From an uncultured Solirubrobacterales bacterium (lineage in GTDB: Bacteria; Actinomycetota; Thermoleophilia; Solirubrobacterales; JBBDJG01): DNA of 64,000 nt. The DNA lies in contig OY970293.1 in assembly GCA_963716195.1 (NCBI GenBank), forward strand, positions 622,909 to 686,908, given 5' to 3'. The translations under genes were made by a program, and so were the position numbers. Below the pieces are notes generated by a model. The model had not been told where the DNA came from. It did no database searches and saw nothing but the letters and a program-made list of their open reading frames with translations. Below are positions 9,571-18,796 of this stretch, in pieces; the stretch's first letter is position 1; each line of letters starts with the position of its first letter.

Positions 9571-11957
9571 TGGCTTCGTCCAGGACTGTCCTGGCAGCGG
9601 TCCTGCTCGCAGCAGCCCTGGGCCCGCTCGCCGCTACGGCCGAGGGCAAGGGGGAGACACCGGCCTGGCGTGCGGTAGAGCAGGTGCGCGACGGCATGTT
9701 CGATGTGCAGGCGGCGCTGCTGCTGGACGAGCCGGCATCCGCGCGGCGGCTTGCGACGCGCGCGCGCTTGCGTTTCCGCGGACCAGCAGCACGCGAGCTG
9801 CGCGCCGCTGCGCCCTCGGCTTACGCCGACGCAAGGCGATCGCTCGATGCCGGTGTGCGAGCGGCCACCCGCGGGGACGAGGTCGCGCTTGCAGGGGCGC
9901 GCGGGCGCCTGCGCGCGGCGCTCTTCCAGGGCAGCTATGTCATCACGATCGCAGCGATCCGGCGCGGCGACGCGACGCGCGCGCGGCAGTGGCTGCTGGT
10001 GCGGGAGTTCCGTAAGGCGACCCGCTTCAGCCGCCTCGGTGTCGACGCCACGGTGGCGATACGCGATCTCGGCAAGGGTGAGGTCGACTCCGCCGATGCG
10101 GCTCTCGCCGTCAAGAAAGACCTGCTCGACGCCTACCAGGCGCGGTTGCTCGACGCGCTGGGTGACGCGGAGCAGGCCCATGAGCGTGGCTTCGACTCCC
10201 GCCTCGCCGAGACCGCCTCTATCGCGGCGGGCTACTGGAAGATCCTCGCACCCGAGTACCGGGTGCAGCGCGGGCCCAAGGCGGCCGCTGCCGCCGGGGT
10301 CGCTTTCACGCGTCTCGAACGCGAGGCACTCGCGGGTAGTGCCGGGCGCTTCGAGCACGCACGCCGGGGGGTGCTGCGCTCGCTGCACGCCTTCACCGCC
10401 GCTCCGTTCACCGCGGAGGAGCAGGCACGCCGCGCGCAGCAGCTGATCCGCTTTCTGGACCTGGTGCCCGTCGAGTATGGGCGGGGCGTAAATGACGGCC
10501 ACGTCACTGCGCAGTTCGAGATCGAGGAGGCGATTGCGTTTCGCGACGGCGCGCAGTCTGCCTTTTCCGACCTGGAGGCCGTGCTCGAGCGCCGCGATCC
10601 GCGGCGGACCGCGGTCGTGGCGAGCTCGCTCGACGCACTGAAGAGCGACCTCGAGCAGACGATCAGCCTGCGCCGGGTGGCACCCGAGCAGGAGATCGAA
10701 GCGGCGCACGATCGCGCCGCCAATGCCCTCGATTTCGTGATGCCGGAGCAATGGAAGGAATCCAGCAGCCAGTCCGACTTCGACCTCGTGTCGCTGACGC
10801 TCGACCGGATGGAGGCCGCGATCGGCGCGGGCCGGTGGGGCCAGGCGGAGCAGGCTCGCCTCGAGGCGTACGCGTTCTTCGAGTTCGGTCCCGAGCTGAC
10901 TTTGAGGTCCCTGGCGCCGTCCATCGCTTCCAGAGTCGAGGGGCTGATCTGGTTCGGAGCGGACGGGAAGCCGGGACTGGCGGCGCTGATCGCGAATCAC
11001 AGGCCGCGCCGCGACGAGCGAGAGACGCGCATCGCGCTCGACGAGGCGCTCGCCGAGGGCGCCGGCACGCTCGGGGACGGGACGACGACGACCACGGTCG
11101 TGATCAACTCCGCCGTGATCGTGTTCCGCGAAGGGCTCGAGGCGGTCCTCATCCTGGCGGCGGTGATGGCCAGCCTCACCGGCGCGAGCCAAGTGCGGCG
11201 CAAGCCGATGCTGATCGGCGCGGGGTTCGCACTCGTTGCCAGCGCTGTGACGTTCATGCTGGCGCAGACCGTCCTCACGTCGCTTGCACGCTACGGCGAG
11301 AAGCTCGAGGCGGTGGTCGGCCTGATTGCGATCGCGGTGCTGCTGCTCATCCTCAACTGGTTCTTCCATCGTGTCTACTGGACGCAGCACATCTCGAAGT
11401 TCCACAAACGGCGCCGGCGCCTGCTCGACATCGCGGGCGGCGGACTTGTGTCGGCGCAGGTGCTCGGGTTCGTCCTGCTCGGCTTCTCGACCGTCTACCG
11501 CGAGGGTTTCGAGACTGTCCTCTTCCTCCAGGCGCTCGAGCTCAATTCCGGGATGCTCGTCGTGCTCGAGGGAGTGTTGCTCGGCTTGGCGGCGGTGGCG
11601 GCCGTTGCCATCGTGACCTTCAAGCTCGAGCGCAAGTTGCCGTACAAGCGCATGCTGATCGCGACCGGGCTGCTGCTGACGCTGGTGCTCGTGATTATGG
11701 TCGGCAAGACGGCGCGCACCATGCAAGGAGTCGGCTGGTTGCCGATCACGCCCCTCGACCTGGACCTGCCGTACTGGGTCGGGCTGTGGCTGGGCGGTTT
11801 CCCGACGGTCGAGACCTTCAGCGCCCAGGTCGCGGCCGCGGTGCTCGTCATCGGTAGCTACCTCGTCGCGGAACGCATACGCCGGCCGCGCTCATCGCGA
11901 GCGCCCGCGCCCGCGGCCGCTACGCCCTCGAGGCATCCTGCATCCGCGCGGCACTAG
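9570..11957 (+). CDS. FTR1/EfeU-family iron permease with a large extracytoplasmic N-terminal domain
   Basis: VFREGLEAVL and VYREGFETVLF (two REGxE motifs); multi-TM C-terminal half. Confidence 0.9.
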   Translation: MASSRTVLAAVLLAAALGPLAATAEGKGETPAWRAVEQVRDGMFDVQAALLLDEPASARRLATRARLRFRGPAARELRAAAPSAYADARRSLDAGVRAATRGDEVALAGARGRLRAALFQGSYVITIAAIRRGDATRARQWLLVREFRKATRFSRLGVDATVAIRDLGKGEVDSADAALAVKKDLLDAYQARLLDALGDAEQAHERGFDSRLAETASIAAGYWKILAPEYRVQRGPKAAAAAGVAFTRLEREALAGSAGRFEHARRGVLRSLHAFTAAPFTAEEQARRAQQLIRFLDLVPVEYGRGVNDGHVTAQFEIEEAIAFRDGAQSAFSDLEAVLERRDPRRTAVVASSLDALKSDLEQTISLRRVAPEQEIEAAHDRAANALDFVMPEQWKESSSQSDFDLVSLTLDRMEAAIGAGRWGQAEQARLEAYAFFEFGPELTLRSLAPSIASRVEGLIWFGADGKPGLAALIANHRPRRDERETRIALDEALAEGAGTLGDGTTTTTVVINSAVIVFREGLEAVLILAAVMASLTGASQVRRKPMLIGAGFALVASAVTFMLAQTVLTSLARYGEKLEAVVGLIAIAVLLLILNWFFHRVYWTQHISKFHKRRRRLLDIAGGGLVSAQVLGFVLLGFSTVYREGFETVLFLQALELNSGMLVVLEGVLLGLAAVAAVAIVTFKLERKLPYKRMLIATGLLLTLVLVIMVGKTARTMQGVGWLPITPLDLDLPYWVGLWLGGFPTVETFSAQVAAAVLVIGSYLVAERIRRPRSSRAPAPAAATPSRHPASARH

Positions 11958-11969
11958 TAGGGTTAGCCG

Positions 11970-12503
11970 ATGCCCGCCAAACCATTCATAGACGCGCTCA
12001 ACGAGCAGATCGGCCGTGAGTTCGGCGCCGCACACCAGTACCTGTCGGTCGCCCTCTACTACGACAACCAGACTCTTCCACAGCTCGCGGGGTTCTTCTA
12101 CCAGCAGGCGCGCGAGGAGCGCGGCCACGCGCTGATGATGGCCCAGTACCTGCTCGACAGCGAGACTGAGCCCGAGATTCCGGCGATCGGCGCGCCGCGG
12201 GGCGGCTTCGCCGACATCGTCGAGCCGGTGCGGCTCGCGCTGGAGCAGGAGCGCGCCGTCACGGACCAGATCTCGGCATTGGTTGCGATCGCGCGGGACG
12301 AGAACGACTTCGTCAGCGAGCAGTTCATGCAGTGGTTCCTCAAGGAGCAGGTAGAGGAGGTCTCGACGATGTCGTCGCTGCTGGAGGTCACCGAGCGCAG
12401 CCGTGATCGCCCGATGGAGGTGGAGCAGTACATCGCCCGCGAGGGCGCGCGGCCCGCGGCAGAGGATCCGACCGCCCCGGAGATCGCGGGCACCACCCCG
12501 TAG
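11970..12503 (+). CDS. ftn: Non-heme ferritin
   Basis: LNEQIGREF, QAREERGHA, ALEQE, FMQWFLKEQVEE ferroxidase motifs. Confidence 0.93.
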   Translation: MPAKPFIDALNEQIGREFGAAHQYLSVALYYDNQTLPQLAGFFYQQAREERGHALMMAQYLLDSETEPEIPAIGAPRGGFADIVEPVRLALEQERAVTDQISALVAIARDENDFVSEQFMQWFLKEQVEEVSTMSSLLEVTERSRDRPMEVEQYIAREGARPAAEDPTAPEIAGTTP

Positions 12504-12770
12504 CCCTCCGTAGGGCAGACTCGCGTTTCCTGAACCGCACCGTGTTCAAGGCGATGCTGCGCGTTCTGGACGTCGCTCCGTTCGTGGCGGGGGAACGCAG
12601 GCGGTTCACGCGGCTCGATCCCGACGGACGAAGGAGGGACGGCCGTGACCGTGCGGCCGACCGGCGAGGACGCGTCCAGCGACGGAACCGGTGCGTTCGT
12701 GCCGCAGGAGGTCAGGATCGTGAACGTTCCCGGACAGACCACTAGCTGCGCACCGCCTCTTCCTCTATAT

Positions 12771-13100
12771 ATGTCCGCTGTGGCCGTGCAAGACGATGCC
12801 TTCAGGGACTTCGTGCTCGAGCAGCTGCGAGATCTGCCGGCGGTCGACTGCCGTTCGATGTTCGGTGGCCACGGGCTCTACCTCGGCGGTGACTTCTTCG
12901 CGATCGTCTACGACGACCGTCTCTACTTCCGCACCGATGACGAGTCGCGCGCGCGTTACCTGGAGCATGGGTCGCAGGTGTTCCGACCCAACGAGCGCCA
13001 GACGCTGAAGAGCTACTTCGAGGTTCCCGGCGACGTGGTCGAGGACCGCGAGCGCCTCGTCGACTGGGCGGCCGAGGCGGCCGCGACCAGGAGGCGGTAG
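12771..13100 (+). CDS. TfoX/Sxy N-terminal domain protein
   Basis: RSMFGGHGLY...FFAIVYDDRLYFR...SYFEVPGDVVED...WA. Confidence 0.88.
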   Translation: MSAVAVQDDAFRDFVLEQLRDLPAVDCRSMFGGHGLYLGGDFFAIVYDDRLYFRTDDESRARYLEHGSQVFRPNERQTLKSYFEVPGDVVEDRERLVDWAAEAAATRRR

Positions 13101-13103
13101 CCG

Positions 13104-14816
13104 GTGCGCACGCGGGCGGAGGCGCTTCAAAAGCTGACAAGCGAGCGCTACGACGTGGTCGTAATCGGCGGCGGGATCACCGGCGCGGGCGTCGCGTTCG
13201 ACGCGGCGACGCGCGGGTACTCGGTCGCGCTCGTGGAACGGGATGACTTCTCGTCCGGCACGTCGAGCCGCTCGTCGAAGATGGTGCACGGCGGGCTGCG
13301 CTATCTCCAGAACTTCGACCTCGGGCTCGTGCGGGAGGCACTCGTGGAGCGCCAGTTGATGGTGCGCCTGGCGCCGCACCTCGTCAAGCCCCTGCCGTTT
13401 CTCGTGCCGGGCTTCGAGGGCGCGCGCCCCGACATCCGGGTGGGCATGGCACTCAACATGTACAACGTGCTCGCCACCCGCCGCCGCAAGCACCGCCGGC
13501 GCGCCGAGCGCGAGGCGGCCGAGGAGGGTGCCGAGTATTGGAGCCCCGACCGCCACCGCATGGTGCCCGGCGAGGAGGTGCTCGAGCTGATGCCGGCGCT
13601 CGAGACACGCCATCCGACGTCCGCCTACCTGTTCTATGACTGTCAGACGGACGACTCGCGCCTCGTCCTGACGATCCTCGGCGAGGCCGAGCGCTTCGGC
13701 GCCGTGTGCCTGAACGGCAGCCCGGTGGTGGAGCTGATCGAGGAGGGCGGACGGGCGGCCGGCGTGGTGTGCGAGGAGGAAGCCTCAGGCGAGCGGTTCG
13801 CGATCGCGGCGGACAACGTCGTCAATGCGACCGGTGTGTGGGCCGACCGCATCCGGCCGGAGGAGCTGCGCGAGGAGGAGGACGTCCCGGTGATCCGGCC
13901 GAGCCGCGGGACTCACATCGTGATCGACCGCGAGCGGCTTCCCCTGCACGCTGCCGCGATCGTGCCCGCGGGGCAGGGGCGGACGATCTTCGCGCTGCCG
14001 TGGCTCGGGCAGACCCTGATCGGCACCACCGACAACGACTATGAGGGCGGGCTCGATCACCCGCAGCCCTCGCAGGAGGACATCGCCTACCTGCTGAAGG
14101 CGGTCAACCGTTTCTTCGATCGCGACTTCGGATTCGACGAAGTCGCCGGCGCCTATGGCGGCGTCCGCCCGCTGATCGCCGCCGGCGATCCGAAGAAGAG
14201 CGTCGACATCTCACGACGGGCCGAGCTGTACGAGACCTCGTCCGGCATGGTCACGATCACAGGGGGAAAGCTGACCACCTGGCGCCGGATGGCGAAGGCG
14301 GTCGTCGACCGCATCGCCGAGCGCGAGTTTCGCGACGCGCCGTGCCGTACGCAAGAGATCCCCCTCGGCTACCCGGTGGAGGCAACAAGCCTGGCGGCCG
14401 TGCCGGGAGTGGGGATGCAGGCGCGCGAGCACCTCGCCAACCGCTACGGCCTGTTCGCGGAGCGCGTGCTGAAGATCTGCGAGGAGCAACCGGCCCTGGC
14501 CGGGCGGATCGTGGAGCCGCTGCCGGACTTGCTGGTCGAGGCGGTCGTGGCGGCCCGCTTCGAGCAGGCGCGCACGGTCGCGGACGTACTGCTCCGCCGC
14601 ACGCGCGTCGGCTTGCTCGCAGCGCGCAGCCTGACCGACGACCCGGAGCCCGCCCGGCGTGTGGCGCAGGCGATGGCGCCCGAGCTCGGCTGGAGCGGGC
14701 GCGACGCTAAACGCGAGGGACAGGCGTGGCTGGAGGCGGCAGCGGCGGAAGGGCTGGTGCCGGAGGAACCCGACGTGACCCCGGAGCTACTCGACGAGGT
14801 CGAGACCAAGCGCTGA
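13104..14816 (+). CDS. glpD: FAD-dependent glycerol-3-phosphate dehydrogenase
   Basis: VIGGGITGAG, GTSSRSSKMVHGGLRYL, NATGVW, IGTTD, GGKLTTWR, LLRRTR. Confidence 0.93.
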   Translation: MRTRAEALQKLTSERYDVVVIGGGITGAGVAFDAATRGYSVALVERDDFSSGTSSRSSKMVHGGLRYLQNFDLGLVREALVERQLMVRLAPHLVKPLPFLVPGFEGARPDIRVGMALNMYNVLATRRRKHRRRAEREAAEEGAEYWSPDRHRMVPGEEVLELMPALETRHPTSAYLFYDCQTDDSRLVLTILGEAERFGAVCLNGSPVVELIEEGGRAAGVVCEEEASGERFAIAADNVVNATGVWADRIRPEELREEEDVPVIRPSRGTHIVIDRERLPLHAAAIVPAGQGRTIFALPWLGQTLIGTTDNDYEGGLDHPQPSQEDIAYLLKAVNRFFDRDFGFDEVAGAYGGVRPLIAAGDPKKSVDISRRAELYETSSGMVTITGGKLTTWRRMAKAVVDRIAEREFRDAPCRTQEIPLGYPVEATSLAAVPGVGMQAREHLANRYGLFAERVLKICEEQPALAGRIVEPLPDLLVEAVVAARFEQARTVADVLLRRTRVGLLAARSLTDDPEPARRVAQAMAPELGWSGRDAKREGQAWLEAAAAEGLVPEEPDVTPELLDEVETKR

Positions 14817-14819
14817 CGC

Positions 14820-14990
14820 AGCCGGTGGAGCTCATCGACGCGGAAGAACGGATCGCGGTGCTCGCAAACGTGCCGATGCGCGCTCAGGCCAGCGGTATCG
14901 CTTGTCTCGACGATGGTTGACGGCTTGATCATCCGGATCGAGGAGTACTACGACTACGACGAAGCCCTCGAAGCGGTGGGGCTGTCGGAA
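14820..14990 (+). pseudogene. Fragment of a SnoaL/NTF2-like gene with an internal deletion or frameshift
   Basis: PVELIDAEERIAVLANVPMRAQASGIA, then in another frame MVDGLIIRIEEYYDYDEALEAVGLSE; no N-terminus. Confidence 0.6.
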
Positions 14991-15025
14991 GACGTCCGCA
15001 CTTCCGCACTTCTGCCTAGGCCTAG

Positions 15026-15670
15026 TTATCTGCTCCGCATGCGGTACTTGATGTGCGTGACGCCCGGCGCCTCGACCGCGCGCACCTGCTCTAGCTCGAT
15101 GCCGGCGTCGCCGAGGTTGTCGAACAGCCTGGCACCGCCGCGCAGGAGGTTTGGAACGACGGAGATGTCCAGCTCGTCGATCAAGCCGGCGGCCAGGTAC
15201 TGCTGGGTGACGTTTGCGCCGCCTATGAGCATGACGTCCTCGTCGCCGGCCGCTGCCTTCGCCTGCTCCAGCGCGGGCTCGATCCCGTCGGTGACGAAGT
15301 AGAAGGTCGTGCCGCCCTTCATCTCCAGCGGCTCGCGTGCGTGATGCGTGAGCACGAACACCGGTGTGTGGTAGGGCGGATCGTCACCCCACCAGCCTTT
15401 CCAGGACTCGTCCCAGGGGCCCGGTCCACCGCCGAACATGTTGCGGCCCATGACGTAGGCGCCGATGTTCTCCAACCGCTCGGCGAGCACCGCGCTGCTG
15501 GCGTTCACCTCGCCGCCCTCCCGGCCATGCGACTCGCGCCACGCCGCGAGCGGAAAAACCCAATCGTGAAGCTCCTCGCCGCCGATCCCGAGCGGGTTCT
15601 CCTTGCTCTGCTCTGGGCCGGCTGCGAACCCGTCGAGCGACATCGTGATGTTGAACCTCAGCTTGCTCAT
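15026..15670 (-). CDS. RibD C-terminal/dihydrofolate reductase family protein
   Basis: ITMSLDGFAAGP, VMGRNMF, PVFVLTH, IGGA...AGLIDEL. Confidence 0.9.
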   Translation of the reverse strand: MSKLRFNITMSLDGFAAGPEQSKENPLGIGGEELHDWVFPLAAWRESHGREGGEVNASSAVLAERLENIGAYVMGRNMFGGGPGPWDESWKGWWGDDPPYHTPVFVLTHHAREPLEMKGGTTFYFVTDGIEPALEQAKAAAGDEDVMLIGGANVTQQYLAAGLIDELDISVVPNLLRGGARLFDNLGDAGIELEQVRAVEAPGVTHIKYRMRSR

Positions 15671-15780
15671 CGCACCTCCTCGTGCTGTGTTGGTCGGTGG
15701 CTCGGACCACCCATAGGACGGCCGGGAGGCGGGAAACTAATCGGACGACACCCTGAGGCGCGGTGTCGTGGCCTTCGTGT

Positions 15781-15871
15781 GGGCCGGATCCTCCCGCCTA
15801 TACCGGGAGGATCCGGCCCGCCCCGTTCGACTGGGCTGGTTTCACCGCGTATATGACGGTCAAAATGGCCC
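15781..15871. repeat. Two adjacent TATA-loop hairpins (REP-like or terminator)
   Basis: Perfect 16-bp stem GGGCCGGATCCTCCCG-CCTATAC-CGGGAGGATCCGGCCC (15781-15819) and imperfect GGGCTGGTTTCACCG-CGTATATGA-CGGTCAAAATGGCCC (15833-15871). Confidence 0.7.
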
Positions 15872-15913
15872 GCTCACAGCATGTCGCGCCGCGCCGGCGT
15901 GAGATGTCGGTCG

Positions 15914-16372
15914 TCAGGTGTTGCCGGCCGCGAACTCCGAGGGATCAGGGATCTCGATCGGGCCCTCCTTCGGCTGGCCGATCCGGAGGTGGTTGCCGAA
16001 CGGGTCGCGCAGGCCGCAGTCCGTGCCGTAGAAGCGCTCGGTCGGCTCCTCGGTGAACTCCACGCCCTTGGCGAGCAGCTCCTTGTAGGTCTTGCGGATG
16101 TCGTCGACCGTGAGGATGCCGGCCATGCCCATCGCTCCCTTGGTGACGAGCTCGCGGATCACCTCCGCGGTCGCCTCGTCGTGAGCGGGCGGGCCGGGCT
16201 TCTCGAGCAGGAGCTGATGCCCGGGATCTCCCGGCACGTTGACGGTCAGCCAGCGCATGAAGCCGAGATCGGCGTCGGTGTTGACCTCCATGCCGAGCCT
16301 CCCGACGTAGAAGTCGAGCGCCTCGTCCTGGTCCAGCACGTATACCTGTGTATGTGTGATTTGTTTGAGCAT
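15914..16372 (-). CDS. VOC/glyoxalase family protein
   Basis: VYVLDQDEALDFY...RWLTV...FYGTDCGLRDPFGN. Confidence 0.9.
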   Translation of the reverse strand: MLKQITHTQVYVLDQDEALDFYVGRLGMEVNTDADLGFMRWLTVNVPGDPGHQLLLEKPGPPAHDEATAEVIRELVTKGAMGMAGILTVDDIRKTYKELLAKGVEFTEEPTERFYGTDCGLRDPFGNHLRIGQPKEGPIEIPDPSEFAAGNT

Positions 16373-16382
16373 GGGCGCGATG

Positions 16383-16808
16383 CTAGCCATGCCCGGGTCG
16401 CTCCGCTTCTCCAAAACTGCTCGGTCTCGTCCACGCCTTTGCGAAGCAGGCGGGAACGGCCCGCAGATCCGCGGCCGCGTCCCGGTAGCTGGTCGGTGAC
16501 TCGCCCACGATCGCGCGGAACGTGCGGCCGAACGTGCCGAGGCTTGTGAAGCCGACGTCGAGGCAGATCTCCGTCACGCTGCGGTCGGTCTCGCGCAACA
16601 GGAACATCGCCCGCTCCACCCGCCGCCGCTGCAGATAGCGATGCGGCGTCTCGCCGAAGGTGGCGCGGAACGTGCGTATGAAGTGCGCCTCGGAGACGTA
16701 GGTGATCCTCGCGAGCGCCCGGATGTCGAGCGGCTTTGCGTAGTCGCGGTCCATCGCATCGCGCGCCCGCAGCATCCGCCGGTTGGTCTCCTCGACGGCG
16801 CGGCTCAA
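16383..16808 (-). CDS. AraC-family transcriptional regulator
   Basis: HFIRTFRATFGETPHRYL...SVTEICLDVGFTSLGTF. Confidence 0.92.
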   Translation of the reverse strand: MSRAVEETNRRMLRARDAMDRDYAKPLDIRALARITYVSEAHFIRTFRATFGETPHRYLQRRRVERAMFLLRETDRSVTEICLDVGFTSLGTFGRTFRAIVGESPTSYRDAAADLRAVPACFAKAWTRPSSFGEAERPGHG

Positions 16809-17053
16809 CGCGGGTGGAAGAACAGCATGAACCCCACCAGCGCGACGGCGCCGGCCGCGAGCACCAGCCCAGTCGAGATGCCGAGGATGAACATCGTGAA
16901 CACGCCCATCAGCACGAGCGGGAAGCCGACGCCATACGCGGGCCCGGCTGCCCAGGGCGAGCTCTTCTCGGGGAACGAGTAGCCGCAGCCCCTGCAGCGC
17001 GCCGCGCGTTCACTCACGCGCCTCTTGCAGCGGGGGCAGGTCTTCTTCGCCAT
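16805..17053 (-). CDS. Small zinc-ribbon membrane protein
   Basis: MAKKTCPRC...CRGCGY followed by two TM helices; GGAGG RBS; overlaps the AraC start. Confidence 0.65.
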   Translation of the reverse strand: MAKKTCPRCKRRVSERAARCRGCGYSFPEKSSPWAAGPAYGVGFPLVLMGVFTMFILGISTGLVLAAGAVALVGFMLFFHPR

Positions 17054-17078
17054 CGGCCCAGAGACTAACCTCCTGTTG

Positions 17079-17987
17079 ATGGCCTCCACCCCCGCACGCA
17101 GGCTCGTGCTCAGGGACCGCACGCTCGAGCTCGGAGAGCGGCCGCTGCTGATGGGGATCCTGAACGTGACGCCCGACTCGTTCTACGACGGCGGCGCCCA
17201 CCCCGACCTGGAATCGCGCGTGCGTCGCGGCGCGGCGCTGCTGGCCGGCGGGTCGGACCTGATCGACGTGGGGGGCGAGTCCGGCGTCACGACCGGACCT
17301 GCGGTCGATCCGCACGAGGAGATCGAGCGCGTGGCGCCGATCGTCGAGCGCCTCACCTCCGAGCTCGGCGCCGTCGTCTCCGTCGACACCTACAAGCCCG
17401 CGGTCGCCCGCGCGGCGATCGAGGCCGGTGCTTCGCTGATCAACGATCCGAGCGGGCTCATCGATCCCGGGGTGGCGGAGGTCTGCGCGGACATGGGAGC
17501 GGGGCTCGTGATCACTCACACGCGCGCGCGGCCGAAGCAGAAGCTGCCCGATCCCCGCTACGCCGATCTCGTCGAAGACGTGCGGCGCTTTCTCGCCGCA
17601 CGGATCGAGCAGGCGATCGCTCTCGGCGTCGAGGAGGACCGGCTGATGCTCTGCCTGGGACCGGACCTCGGCAAGGAGCCGGCCCAGACGATCGAGCTGT
17701 TGCGGCGGATGGAAGAGCTGCACGACCTCGGCCGGCCGCTGCTGCTCGCTGTCTCACGCAAGGACTTCGTCGGGGCGCTCGTCGAGCGGCCACCGCGCGA
17801 GCGCCTCGCCGGCACGCTCGCGGCCGTGGCCTACGTCACCGAGCGCGGCGCACACGTGCTTCGCCTCCACGATGTGGCCGAGGCACGTGATTTCCTGACG
17901 GTGTCGGCCGCGCTCGAAGGGAAGTCCCGGGTGCCGTCGCAGCTTCGACTTGCGGATGATCTAAAGCGGGAGGCTTCAACCGGATGA
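17079..17987 (+). CDS. folP: Dihydropteroate synthase family protein (divergent)
   Basis: MGILNVTPDSFYDGG, SVDTY, IND, SRK, RLHDV; atypical GGESGVT and CLGPDLGK. Confidence 0.85.
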   Translation: MASTPARRLVLRDRTLELGERPLLMGILNVTPDSFYDGGAHPDLESRVRRGAALLAGGSDLIDVGGESGVTTGPAVDPHEEIERVAPIVERLTSELGAVVSVDTYKPAVARAAIEAGASLINDPSGLIDPGVAEVCADMGAGLVITHTRARPKQKLPDPRYADLVEDVRRFLAARIEQAIALGVEEDRLMLCLGPDLGKEPAQTIELLRRMEELHDLGRPLLLAVSRKDFVGALVERPPRERLAGTLAAVAYVTERGAHVLRLHDVAEARDFLTVSAALEGKSRVPSQLRLADDLKREASTG

Positions 17988-18772
17988 GCGACATCCATTT
18001 CAAGATCGCCCACATCTCCGACATCCATTGCGGGTCGCCGCACTTCCAGCCCGACCTGCTCGAGCGCGCGATCGAAGAGATCAACGAGCTCAGCCCGGAT
18101 GTCACGATCGTCAGCGGCGATCTCACCACGGACGGCTTCCGGCCCGAGTACGAGCTTGCGCGGGAGTACCTGGGCTCGATCCGCTCGGAGGCATTGATCA
18201 TCGTCCCGGGCAACCACGACTCGCGCAACGTCGGCTACGTCCACTTCGAGGAGATCTTCGGGCCGCGCACCGCGATCATGCACAAGGACGGAGTGTCGAT
18301 CGTCGCCGTCGACTCCTCCGAGCCCGACCTCGACTTCGGCCAGATCGGGCGCAACCGCTACCCCTACATCGAGGAGGCGTTCTCACATCCCGCGGACCTG
18401 CGCATCTTCGTCATCCACCACCACCTGCTGCCCGTTCCGGGCACGGGCCGCGAGCGCAACATCGTCTACGACGCAGGAGACCTGCTCGAGGTCCTGATCC
18501 GCTCAGGCGTGGACATCGTCCTGTGCGGGCACAAGCACGTTCCATATGCCTGGAAGATCGAGGACATGTTCGTGGTATCGGCCGGCACGGTGTCGTCGCT
18601 TCGCCTCCGCGGTCACACCCGTCCCTGTTACAACGTGATCGAGATCGGGACCGATCGCGTGTACGTCTCTCGCAAGTACCCGTTCGACGTGCGCGAGCCG
18701 ATCGTCGAGTTCACCCCGGGCACGCCACACGAGTACCACAAGGCGGAGGCCTTCCGGGAAGGGGTTCGCTGA
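17984..18772 (+). CDS. Calcineurin-like metallophosphoesterase (CpdA/Icc-like)
   Basis: ISDIH, SGDLT, PGNHD, HHH, CGHKH. Confidence 0.92.
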   Translation: MSDIHFKIAHISDIHCGSPHFQPDLLERAIEEINELSPDVTIVSGDLTTDGFRPEYELAREYLGSIRSEALIIVPGNHDSRNVGYVHFEEIFGPRTAIMHKDGVSIVAVDSSEPDLDFGQIGRNRYPYIEEAFSHPADLRIFVIHHHLLPVPGTGRERNIVYDAGDLLEVLIRSGVDIVLCGHKHVPYAWKIEDMFVVSAGTVSSLRLRGHTRPCYNVIEIGTDRVYVSRKYPFDVREPIVEFTPGTPHEYHKAEAFREGVR

Positions 18773-18796
18773 CGCAAGCGCGCCGGCGTGTTGCCG

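Noticed and set aside
12520-12760. Possible gene fragment between ferritin and tfoX (PTDEGGTAVTVRPTG...)
   Set aside because: Looks protein-like, but has no recognisable family, start codon or continuous frame
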